A stretch of 64,000 nucleotides of DNA from assembly GCA_002633005.1 (NCBI GenBank), contig NMRA01000111.1, positions 276,866 to 340,865 of the forward strand, written 5' to 3'. The translations under genes and the position numbers were made by a program. The stretch is from Phoronis australis. Its lineage: Eukaryota; Animalia; Phoronida. A model generated the notes under the pieces. It had not been told where the DNA came from. It ran no database searches and saw only the letters and a program-made list of their open reading frames with translations. This document shows positions 25,693-37,790 of this stretch, piece by piece (within the stretch, counting starts at the first letter, position 1; every line of letters begins with the position of its first letter).

Positions 25693-26627
25693 GTAAGTCG
25701 GTCAGTTTGACGAGTTATTTCCGTTTTATTAGTGAACGCGCACATTTTAATACATGGTACATGTACCTGACAGAGAGTCTAGTTCTTGGAAACGACGCTG
25801 ATACATTGCAACGAAAAGAAATCATAATAACTGCGTAATTGATCAGCACAATAAATTATATATTGTCTAATATGACTTGTTTCCTCTTTTCTACCACTAA
25901 TAAGTATTTATACATATGTGTTTAAATCCTCATAATGTGTAGAATTAATAACTCGTGTAAAAACGTTGAAGGCTAACATATAAACATTTTGGTGTGGAAA
26001 TCTCTGGTGGATGTCTACATTCATAGCGCATTTCTATTAAATGTATTTCTTTTACTAACTTTCTCACATTACAGTACGGGTAAATTCTTTTTCACTGGCA
26101 GTCTTCGTTGACCATGACTGAAAACGGGGAACACCTGAAGCGAGCAAACACTTGAATATATTGAAGTCCCAGACAAGTAACATGATTTTCATAAGTTGTT
26201 TTTTAAATAATGCTGACACATCGAATTTTCTGTTCCTTTTCTTTTTTAATAATTTATTTCAACAAAATAATAGAAATTAACAAAACAAGCGAGGAGAAAA
26301 AACCTTCGCTCTATCACATTCACACTCCCCAGTTCTGCTTGACTTAAATTTACTATGAATCTATAAGAGTCTCAAAAGAGCTACGCCATGGGGAAATTTT
26401 TTTACTCTCGTATTTTTCCATATCTTGACAACATAAATTACATTTTTAAAATTCCCCAATTACAGGGCCACAGGTGACCTTGGAACAGGTATAAATAAAG
26501 TATTATGGTAGAGTTAAAATGTCATTAATTTCATAGAAATAACCTCCAAAATATGTAAATAACAGGAATTTTTTCTCAAATAATAAATGATATTGCTTAC
26601 CATATTTGAAAGCGACGTTTGTGTTTC

Positions 26628-28922
26628 GTCCCAAACGGAGCCATATGCTCACATTCCAAACATATGTGATTATAAGCTTTTGCCAGTCCACAAAATGTGC
26701 ACTTGTTATTTTGCACTATCCTCATTTTTAAAAATACATTTAGCAGAAAAATTCCCATGAAACTGATAGTACTTAAAGACTTTTAGCTGAGGTTGGAACA
26801 AAAGTTTGAAAGGTGCAATTGTGCATCTGACTTGGTTCACTTGACATCGGAATACCAGCTTTGCTGACGGAGCTCATTCACAAAAGACAATTCATTTATT
26901 ACACCTTGATGTATCCAGACAGGTCCAAAACCGGACGTAAATAATAAACGCCTGACATTTAGTCCTCAACAAGATTTTTCCTTGTTCTGCAAGCTAATAT
27001 TGAATTTTATAACCAATTCTAATGAATCTGTTATCCCGAGGTTCACCAGTTTTAGGCAATACTTGATTATTCTGGTACATCTCTGAGATTAATAGCTTAC
27101 GATCAAGTTCTACAGAAGCTAAACAAAATCAAAACATTGTTATTCAAAACCCCTATAATAGGACCATAGTGAAATCTCATGATTTCTTAGATCAGTAAAA
27201 TCATTAAGTCGACAAGTTTGAACCATATTTCCATTTTGTATGTTGAGAAGTTGTGATACAAAAAAAATACCGAGTTTTGTGAGCAAATGATCCAAATATC
27301 GGCAAAGTTGTATGTAGACAAATATGCCTTATTTTTAGAAAATACGAGAAATGTAGAAAGAAGGTATCCAACAACGAATATCGTGACGTTTTTTTACGAA
27401 CTCCATTTCGCCTTAGGTCTGGGAGAAAAATTGATTTACGAAAAACGGTGAAAACGAAGCTGAGAACAATATTCGACAAACAAGCAATAATTAATCGTCA
27501 TTCCTCAGAATATTTCCCACGAACAAATAAAAAATGCATACACGAATGATTAGTGTCTTTGTTGAGGTCATGACACCGGATAACCTGAGTCATTTGCATA
27601 AGTGCAACTTCGAAAAGGGAGCTCCTTCAATCTCAAAACACGGATTTTATCTAGGACAATATTTTGCTGATACGGTGGTTCGAGCTAAGATTGGTGAGTT
27701 CGGAATATAGAAAGTGGTTGAGCTGTTTGTTGTAAATAAACTAGAATTCTACAATTCTATAATAGGTATATGAACATAGTTTTTCTCACATGACAATGAT
27801 GGCCGACAAAAAGGCTAAAAACATGCACGAAATGGAGACTCTATGGAAAGACGGAATAAAACTTTACCAGTATAAAATACTACGAAACGGGAGGGTAGGA
27901 GGCGGGAAAACAAGTTTTGAAGACTGACCAGAAACACGACTTGATCGTCTGACAAGGTAATGAAGTTCAGTGAACCTTTCAAATGGAACAAATAATTATT
28001 ACGTAAAAGACATTTGTGAACAAATTGATCAGTGACGATATACACGAAATCAAACAACTGTAGAATGATGGATGGAGAAAAATATTTCCTGATTAATTCA
28101 TTTAATTGAAATTAAATTTCATTTATCCAGGACAATATTTTGCTGATGCGATGGTTCTAGCTCAGTTAGAAAAATAGAATGTGGTTGAGATATTTATTGT
28201 AAGATAACGTAATAATGTACAAAACTAATAGTATAATATATACATACATACATATATATATATATGTATATGTATATGTATATATACCACATACTGAACG
28301 AGAAACATTGCAATGAATCGATCTACCTTTCTCGACTCGCCTCGGCTTTGTAACTACTTTCTCTATCAGAGGCCCGGGGTCGGAGTTCGTGACCTTTTAA
28401 GAAAAGCCGAGCTATTTTTGTCAAATAATGCTTTTACTCAGAACCAATTGAAAATTTGAACAAAATATAAATAAAGTGAATCTATAAACTAAGGTTTAGC
28501 AACTATTATAGCTTACTACACATTTTATCACGCTAAGCTTCGACCTGGAAAATATCGTCTGCTAAAGTATGTTACCACTAGTAACTGACTATAATGCTCA
28601 AGTCAAGGATCCCGACGACACGATACCCGTATTCAAATTGGAGATCGGTGATTTACAAGTGAGAGAACACGAAAGAAAAAATTTACTGAATTAAAATATC
28701 GTTTTTATGGAAATTATGCGTATTATTTTTCATAGCGTATAAATGTCGGTGCAATGCCCTTTGCTGAACATGCGATTGTTGCGTGTGCTCATTTATTCTA
28801 TTTTCACATTCGTTGACGTCAGCCGCTGAGTGGTGTAGTGGTAAAGTCGGCAACTCGAAAGTTTGAGGCCTCGGTTTCCCGCCAAATTGTTATCTCACTA
28901 GTGAGATAACTTTATGGGTTAT
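26628..28922. repeat. Right arm of a 2295-bp inverted duplication
   Basis: Reverse complement of 20272-22566. Contains a (TA)/(TACA) microsatellite and the palindrome GTTATCTCACTAGTGAGATAAC near the outer end. Confidence 0.95.
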
Positions 28923-29052
28923 TACACGGTTGTATCTGCCATTCGAGGCTAATACTGTGGTATAAAATAAATTATTTTTCCTAACATAACAAAGGTGCAC
29001 GACAAAAAACACCGCATCAATCACCCAAAGGCATGTATTTGCATATTTGTAG

Positions 29053-29295
29053 GTCTGTGCAACCTTCAACCGGTGAACGGCTACCGCGCGACTTGTGGGG
29101 ACTGCTCTGGGAATGACCTATGGGATATCTACGGCGATAGAGTGAGTTTGGAGGAATGCGCAAGGAGATGTTCAAACGATCAGAGATGCAACGCGTTCAT
29201 GTTCTACAACGGACACAGGTGTTATCCCAAAACCACGGCCTGTCGTCAGCCATCCCTGACAAACCATCTGAATGTATTTTACACTCCGGTGACTA
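29053..29295 (+). CDS. PAN/apple-like domain exon A' (recent direct duplicate of exon A)
   Basis: tttgtag|GT...ACT A|gtaagt, 243 nt. Near-identical to 23415-23657 with scattered substitutions; the downstream intron is also similar. Confidence 0.85.
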
Positions 29296-30359
29296 GTAAG
29301 TAATGTGAAATATCGAAATTTGAAAGTAGACTTATAGCTTACTCCTGGGCCCAGGGTCTAACCTCTAACTCGAACACAAACACCGTTGTGTTTTTGTCGT
29401 TCTCCTGTCTACTTTAGTACAAGCACAAGATAATGTCAATGTTTGTGTGCAGGAGTATGTTAAGGTTTACGATTACGACTTTCTATTCAAACTTCGCACT
29501 TGATGACTGTTAGATTTCAGGTTTCTAGATCAGACTCGAGCTTCTTATCATCTTATTCAAAATCTATTCACCTGATTTCTAGTCTATATATATTTGCCCG
29601 ACGGTTCAGTCACTCATTCCTCCGCCCAACTCCATGTGGTGCAACGTATGCCGTACTCTCTTCTACCGGTACACCACTGAATCATACAGGGTTGCCAAGA
29701 GCTTGGCACACATTGCCGTGTACTTGTTCTCTGCATGAGGACGTGCTGTGACAGACTTTGCAGACTGGTGTGACGAGCCTTTGTTGGAAATTCTCCAATT
29801 TTGTATGTATGCTGATATAAGGCATGTGTCTTTCTTCTACGTTCATCCGTAATGTTTATATTGATACCGAACCCAGTTCATGGCCGATATTTCCATGAAT
29901 TGTGGGTAAAACGTACCGACCCTATAATGTTACTGAAGATTGTTAATTAACTAAAGTGACATAGTCAAATGGAGGCAAAAATCGCCCCGTATCTCCATGT
30001 GTTGTGGTAAAAATATATGTCAAGTAGCTCTTCTGTATGTGGAGGATAACTGAGCAGACCACCAAGGAGAGTTGAACTCCGGCGGTTTGCTACTGCTTTG
30101 TTTATCATGCATGAGTCCACATCAGTGTCTCTAGTGTCGTAATCTCGCAGCAGACGTCACATGGCTGTGGAACCAGTTCCATGTATCATGTTATGCATAT
30201 CTCTTGTTTGCTGGCACCTGCGGTAGAAGTTTGTACAGGTAAATGTATATACTATCGTGATTACCATAGCATGTCGTCATTTGAACTTCATTAAGCGTTT
30301 GGAGCATTATGTGCACCTTGCCGACTAGGCCTACTGCACGCTTTTCTCGTCTTCTTTAG

Positions 30360-30587
30360 CATGCGCCGACGTGAACACGAATGGTTGCACAACAAGATGC
30401 GGTGACTGCGGGGGAAATGATATCTGGAGTATCTATGCTAACTCCGTGAGTCTAGAAGAGTGTGCCAGAAGATGTAACGGCGACCCGCAGTGCAAAGCCT
30501 TTATGTTCTACAATGGACACCGATGCTATCCAAAGGATGAGACGTGCGCAATAACGTCAAACACCAACCCTAAAAACGTTTTCTATG
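30360..30587 (+). CDS. PAN/apple-like domain exon C (phase 1-1)
   Basis: cttctttag|CA...TAT G|gtacgt, 228 nt: CADVNTNGCTTRCGDCGGNDIWSIYANSVSLEECARRCNGDPQCKAFMFYNGHRCYPKDETCAITSNTNPKNVFY. Confidence 0.85.
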
Positions 30588-32059
30588 GTACGTTTGAAAG
30601 AAAATTTTACTTTCAACTCGTATTTTCTTCAACGTGTCAAGAAGTGGTGTTCCGGTAACTCGCCGTAAGATGTCCACAAAACCGTCTAACCCATACCAAG
30701 ACTTGGCGTATGAATTCTTTCGGAAACGCATACTTTCCTGAAATCTATTTGCATCCGCAAAAAGCCTCCAAAGAGCTCTTTTGGAAAATGTGATTCTTTA
30801 AACTTGCACATTTCCATATAATTTGATTTTAAAATTTGGTCAGTTCTGTAAGAATTGGACATGGTATAGAAAATATTTGAAAACAATGAAATTAGATCTT
30901 TTTAAGGTGTGAAACTGCAAATAGAATTTCCATAGGTTGATTTGAGTTATAAAAACACGCACAATATTTTATTTGTTCACATTAAACCAAATGAAAATTT
31001 AAGATAAATTTCTGAATTTATCATTGTCACCTGGCAGTGAAACTTGGAACTACCATTTGAAAACTTTAATTTTGTTATTGAAGTTGCAAACAAAAATATA
31101 TTAAAGTAAGAAAACCGAGAATGTCAGTCAATTTGATAGTAACACATTTGCAAATCGTTTTTAGGTGAAATTGGAAAGCACTAATTTTCCAAAATAGAAT
31201 TTAATTTAGACAAGATTGTGATAATTACTATAATTTTAGGTCTTTCAAGGGGATCCATCATTTATGTTACTTGGTAAACTGCGAGCATTTTTAATTCTGG
31301 CAAAATTAAAATAAAACCTAAAATTCCAAGAAAAAAATCAGTCATACTGTTCTGCCAAATTAGGCAGGAATGAACACTTACTAATGGTGTTTGACCAACC
31401 AAGGAAAAACCTCCTCAGCTTTTAGAATGTTTGGATTCATTGCACTATTGAATTGACTGTTTAAAAGGAAAATGTATTTTCTAGAAAGAAATTGACTGCA
31501 TTGGCAACAGTGAATGAAGAGGGAGTTCGCCTCATTAATCTGCCATGCAACTGCTTCTCAGATAATTCTCCCTCAGCCTGATTTTACCCGTCTTGATATT
31601 CCTCCACCACCGTGTCTTGGTTTCATTAAATTCATACACTGAGGTGCATGAGCCTGCATGCGCAAAACACGACAAGTTTGATGGGAGGTGGTTGAATTGA
31701 AATGAATGACACTGGAACACTTTTCAATGAAGAAAACGAAATCAAAATTAAAATCGGTTTTGAACAGGGAGGGTCACTTTTGTCCGTAATGACTACGCTA
31801 GCATTATTAATCATAGAAGAAAGACAACCCCATCTTGTTTCGACTTTGCCACATTTTGACTTCCAGATAAAGCGAGGGATTCATAACTAGTTAACTCCAT
31901 TTTTGAATGTTCTCCATACACCAATTGGTTTTCAGAGGTAGATACTTTTGTTTGGAAAAACAAGAACAAAACATGTTCAGGAAAATGGGAACTTTTTCGG
32001 TCCTTGTTTCCGGAAGAGCCCCCATAGGGCCTAGGTGTTGGTGGGGGCTCCTTCAAGAA

Positions 32060-32900
32060 TTCCCCTAAGCCCCTCAACCCACACACCCACGATCCAGGAC
32101 CGCCTCGACCCAAGACCCCCACGACCCACAGCCCCTTCGACCCAGTCTACACAAGCTCGACTCGATCTAGACGTAGAACAAGCGCTGACTTGCATGACCA
32201 ATGAGTTGGGCCGTGAGCTCGGCTGGCTTTTCCTTGTTTTTTGCACTTAAGGCAGTCGATTCGACGAGCTTGAAAGCCAAAAAAAAACAGAAAAAAAAAC
32301 AACGCGACCAAATCAAATCAAAAGGACGACCAACCTTAAAAATGTCGTTCCCGGCAGAGTGTAATCGTCTTGTCTGCTCTTCAGTGAATTGCAGAGTGTG
32401 AGGAACCAACAAAACTGTAATTTCACCAGTAAATACAATTTGAAAAAACTGTTAACTAAAAAGTATTTCGACGTTACATGGAGTATATTGTAAACGAGTA
32501 TACAACAGAAAGCAAATAACAAATATTTGTAATCATGTGCATTCACGTAAACGTACTCTCTCCCTAAGTTCAGTAGAACTGGCCATTGGTAGAAGCTCGT
32601 GGAACTATTTCCGTGACAACGGGAGCAAGCTCACAATGCGCTAAGTCAGATCACGTTCTCACGCCACTTTCTGTTTTAATCACCAGACTTGAGCCAGCGC
32701 AGACTCGCGTGTAGGTCTGTCTTATGGGAAAGTCACTCAGCGACGTAATAAGATTATGAAACATGTAAAAAGCGCAAATATACCTCCATTGCCACAGGTC
32801 GTGGGTCGAGGGGGTCGTGGGTCGAGGGGGTCGTGGGTCAAGGGCGTTGTGGGTTGAAGGGGTCGTGGGGTATGAGGGTCAACGGATTTTAGAACAATCC
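32060..32900. mobile_element. Non-autonomous DNA element with GC-rich GGGTCG subterminal repeats (left TIR decayed)
   Basis: Colinear with 35016-35903; right end TTTTAGAACAATCCC. Confidence 0.75.
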
Positions 32901-33725
32901 CTCCTTGGGAAGTTATCGGTATTGCTTCTACATGCTATATCTACTTTGCATACGCATGAAACACCTGAGCGCGATCTTATGAAATGCTGTTTCCGATTGT
33001 GTAATATCCTTGGCTTTTACCGTTTTGTTTTGGAATTGTTTGGAATTTTTTACTTTTTCGCAGATTTTTCCACTAACGCGTTGAGATCACTCATTTACCT
33101 GGTATATTTTCTTGCGATTTAGGGAATGCAAGGGCACGGATTTGGGGATTATTGTACCCGATCAAAGATCACTTGTAGCTTCAATGCATAATATAAAATC
33201 GTTTTAATTTGAATTTTAAAGGTTTTCGGAGCCAAAATAGTGTTTATCAAATTTAAGGCAGTGTCATTCCACAACTTTTTAGAAAAATCTGCTAGGCTTT
33301 GGGACATTCAAATGATTCACGGTATGGAAATCATCGCATTCACTATTGCCAACTTAACTGCGGGATTTTGCAGCTCAGTGCATCGTTAATTGACCTTGAA
33401 TCTTATCTGGACATCTCGTGACCCTTGAGTGCACCCATGCAACGAGAACAGCATTTCATCAGCTTTGTCCAAGCAGCAACTGTATAAATTATACTCTAAC
33501 GTTTTAATCCGCCTTAGTCTGATGTCATAAAGAAAGTTTCCAATTTATAAATTATAAAAGTTCGACACAGTGTTCCGAAAATCCGCAAATCATTCATTGT
33601 TTCGAAATAGTTAAATACTATTTTTGATTTCAAACAACAGATAACGTAATTTGAAAAATGTTGAGTTTACGTTGAATTTTTTATTATTCTAGCTTTAAGT
33701 AACGGCGTGTGACATCACATTTTAC

Positions 33726-33868
33726 AATGACTTCACTTGACTGACTTCGCTAGTTCCGCAATAATGCGGCGAAGACATCCGATTGGTTCTCGATGATGAC
33801 GTTTGGCTAATTGACCAATCAGATGTCTTTGCCGGTTGACTCGGCAAAGTCAGTCAAGTGCAGACATT
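33726..33868. repeat. Imperfect palindromic MITE-like element
   Basis: Arms CACTTGACTGACTT...AAGACATCCGATTGGT / ACCAATCAGATGTCTT...AAGTCAGTCAAGTG. Confidence 0.6.
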
Positions 33869-35015
33869 AACAACATTCTAGACATTAGAATAGTTGGTGA
33901 TCTCAAATTTTTATTCCATAACAAACGCAACAGACATCAGAATGAGTAAAGAAAACATTTTATCGGTGTAAATATTGTGTAAAACGCTAAAATTCGGAGT
34001 AGTCAAAATCCAGGAAAAACGTTTACTTACGCCGTCATAATTTTTTTATAATAAACTGGGAAATATTATCCAAGTCGTTAAAGCTTAAAATGTCACCACA
34101 CAACAGAATTATCACGAATTCATGCTCCCGTAACGAAAAAAAGAAAACAATTTGGTGACTCCTTTCTTTGTAAAAAACAATTTGGTGACTCTCTACCTTG
34201 TTTTGCTGACTGCAGTAGAGAAAACGCAAAATATCAAATAAAAAAAGGCAAAAACGAATATTAAAACTGTGTCGAACTCCTTTTTTAAAAATAAAACTGC
34301 TGTTTCATGATTGAAGTATTTCTGAAAATTCTGTGCCATCTTTCTAAGCCATTTTCTCTTCTAATTTCAGATAAGTGCTTCCCATATTGAAGCTGGAAGA
34401 GTGGTCTATGGGCATTTGGTAACTCACAGAGTACCACGCGAGCACCAAATGATGAATAAAACGTAAATGAAAACTCTTTGTCTCTTTGAAGTGGTTGAAA
34501 TAACTGAATAGATTACAACACGGTAGTGACAACACAGATTAACGTTTTTAATCTTCTCATAGGGTTGCTAATACTTCAATATAGTTTGAGCTAACTGGTT
34601 AGTTAACGTCTTTGTAAAAGTTTGTTTGTATACGAACTTAAGAGAAGATTTTCTGAGAAAACATTTAATAAGTGATAGTGTTAGTGTATCCACTTTTACC
34701 ATTGAAAACGATAATTATCTTATGTGTCATATAGTTGAATTAAGAATGATTATACTCTCATTTTACCTCTGAAGTGCTCGTTTCGTTAGGTGGCATTGGT
34801 CAACCTTGCGCTCGGTCTCGTGTAAATAAGCAGTAAATTTGACCTAGATGTTGGAGATATCAAATGAGTGACACAAAAAAGTAACTGTCCTCTGGATTGA
34901 ACTTAGGTTTTCCGAAATTGGACTTGTTTCTTTTTTACAATTTGGAGAAAGATTTCATGTTTTTGCTGAATTTGCCTAAAATCGAGCAGCTTCAAGGCAA
35001 TGGGACAGGCTTTTT

Positions 35016-35903
35016 CGGATTGTTCTGAAACCCCCTCGACCCCCACACCCCTCAACCCACGACCCCCTCGACCCANCTCGACCCACGACCCAGAACCCCG
35101 TCTACACAAGCTCGACTCGATCTAAACTTAGAATAAGCGCTGACTTGTAGGACCAATGAGTTGGGATGTGAGCTCGGCTGGCTTTTCCGTTTTTTGTGTG
35201 CAGTAAGACAGTCGATTCGGCAAGCTTGAAAGCCAAAAACAGAAAAAAAAAACAACGCGAGTAAATCAAATCAAAAACCTACCAACCATACAAAATGTCG
35301 TTCCCAACAGAGTGTTATCGTCTCGTCTGCTCTTCAGTGAATTGCAGAGTGCGCGCGAGAAACCGACAAAACTAATTTCACCAGTAAATACAGTTTGAAA
35401 AAACAAACAGTTAACTAACAAGTATTTCGACGTTACATGGAGTATATTGATAACGAGTATAAAATATAAAGCAAATAATAAAAATATGAAATTATGTACA
35501 TTCACGGTAACGTGCTCTCACTCCCTAAGTATATTAAAAGTGTGCCATTGATAGCCACTCGTGGAACTGTGCTTTGCGTTATGTTGACTTGCACGACATA
35601 GGGATGACGATAGCGCACTCACAATGCGCTATTCAATACCACCGGCGTTCTCACGCCACTTTCTGTTTTCAATGACCAGACTTCAGCCAGAGCAGACTCG
35701 CGTGTAGGTATTTCTTATCGGAAAGTCACCCAGCGACGTAACAAGATTATGAAATATGTAAAAAGTGCACAGATACCTCCATTGCCACAGGTCCTGGGTC
35801 GAGGGGATCGTGGGTCATGGGTCGTGGAGGTTGTGGGTCGAGGGGGTCGTGGGTCGAGAGGGTCAAAGAGCCGTGGGGGTCGAGGGGGTTTCAGTACAAT
35901 CCG
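35016..35903. mobile_element. Non-autonomous DNA element (about 890 bp) with TIRs and subterminal tandem repeats
   Basis: TIRs CGGATTGTTCTGAAACCCCCTCGACCCCC / GGGGGTCGAGGGGGTTTCAGTACAATCCG with one mismatch; arrays of GGGTCGA/GGGTCGT; contains an N. Confidence 0.85.
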
Positions 35904-36982
35904 GTTTTTCTATAGAGTTCGCGTATACGCACGCGCTAGAGAAGTCCTTGCTGCGAAAGCTGTGAAAACTTACTTTCAGTGAGAGAGGGCATTAGCGGAA
36001 GTACCTACCTGAATATTATCAAAGGACACAAGAGAGCTCTTCCTTGTCTTTCAAGTCAGACAAAAAGGGGCTAATTTAAGTACATTGCACGGAATTACAA
36101 CTCTTTTCTCCACACATCTAATGTTAGAAAATGTTCCGTCTAATTGTGGTACATGACCATACGTTTTTTTAAACAGTTTGTAACTATTTTTGCTGAGTTT
36201 TTGTAAAGTGAACCACGTTTTTCGAAAAGTAGTTCCATTTCCCTATCCAAAGACACACTATTTTAGAGGTGGTTCGGAATCTTGCAGAGTTTTTGATTTT
36301 TTATTATAATATAATTTTTGGTAATGAAGGGATATCCCCATAACAACTCCATGGTCAAAACTTTGAAACTTTGACATGGTTCCTCACACGTTTGCAACTT
36401 TTCTTGATGACTCCCAAGATCAGAACCCATTACCCCCTTTTTTAAAGAGCAAACCAACTCTTTTGCTATCAAACCTGAACGTGTCGTGCTGCAGCATTCC
36501 AATAACCTTCACTCTTCAATAGTGTCCAATAGGCATGTATCGGCTTAGATAGAACTCTGCCTTGTTTCGGAGATAAGAGTGTGTTGTTTTCATCAACCTC
36601 GTTTTGGAATGTCAGACACATTTTCACAGATCATATCAGAAGCCGTCGGGGTGAATGGTTTTGGAAATACTCCCCATTTCAATAGCTTAAAAGTACCGGA
36701 ATTGAAAAGGTATCTTCAAAGAAGGGTATTCTTTTCAGTTCAAAATTAATCCGACAAACTTTCTTTATCCACTCGCTCCGCATTTTCTTATCTTTGATTG
36801 ATGTCGGGAAGGCGACGGACTTAACATCCACGGATGTGTTGTTTTTGTGCTGTTTTTCTGTTTTGACTTTAACGACAACTCTCAGTGGTAAAATCCCATA
36901 CTGTCTTTACATATTAGTATAAAATATCTCCAAAAGTGGAAAAGGAAACGAAATATCACCTAAGTTGATCATGCCAGATTAA

Positions 36983-37790
36983 AGATAGCCTCCAGCGACC
37001 AAAACATCAGAAATACAAGTATTTTTTGATAAAATATTGTTTTTATTACTTGTATACCTCAGAAAGTAATTAATTGCAACGTACATTACACTTCCCATAA
37101 ATCGTAGCCTCTTCGAGCGCTTCAGAGAAATTCTCAAAAAAGTGGTACATATGACATCATCGTGCCAACAAACTTTGCCCTAAGCCTCACTGCGCAACAG
37201 CTGAGTGTCATTTCTTGGACTTAGATTGGTTTTCGGACTCTGGGCTAAAATGCCGCGTTGCGTGGTGTACGGGTGCAGCAAAGCGGCAATGGTATACATT
37301 TGTGAATCATGTCATGTGCCGTTCATTCAATAGATTCGTATCTATAAGGACTGGCGACAAAATTCACGATCAGCAAGATCTGTTCTAGCCTTGGGGTAAA
37401 GCTGTATACTAAATTTAGTGCTTTGCGCTGATGGGGGTAAAGATGACCAAGTAAAATCTGACACAAAATTAGTGTCATTGAAAGCTCCACCGAGTAAACT
37501 GAATTATTTACCTGTGTTGGAAAAATTGGCGTTCTACCTTTAATCTGCTGCTAAAATTGTAACGCGCTCTTTTGGGTCGGCTTTTGACGCTGTCACCTAT
37601 TGGCTAGTCTCTGTTCCCCGATTCTTCAATCAATTGTTCTTCTCTTCCACGAGGTTTCGTACATGTCACAAATTATCGGAACTGGTTTTTTAAAAATATT
37701 TTAATACCAGTAAACCGAACTTCAGAACAAATTTTGCTGCTGAATGATACGGTTTTAAAGTACTATGACTGAATAACGTAATGGTATAAC
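36983..37790 (+). mobile_element. Decayed THAP-bearing DNA transposon fragment (Kolobok-like left end)
   Basis: Starts TTAA|AGATAGCC. THAP start MPRCVVYGCS at 37250 with KDW and SKICS remnants; colinear with 61830-62690. Right end approximate. Confidence 0.55.

Noticed and set aside
21137-28057. Duplicated ORFs 21137-21379/27815-28057 and 21715-21990/27204-27479 as genes
   Set aside because: They are by-products of the inverted duplication; non-ATG starts, low-complexity F/L/S-rich translations and no recognisable domain.
32031-35982. Gly/Arg/Val- or Pro-rich ORFs (RGGRG repeats)
   Set aside because: Translations of the GGGTCG subterminal repeats of a non-autonomous transposon.
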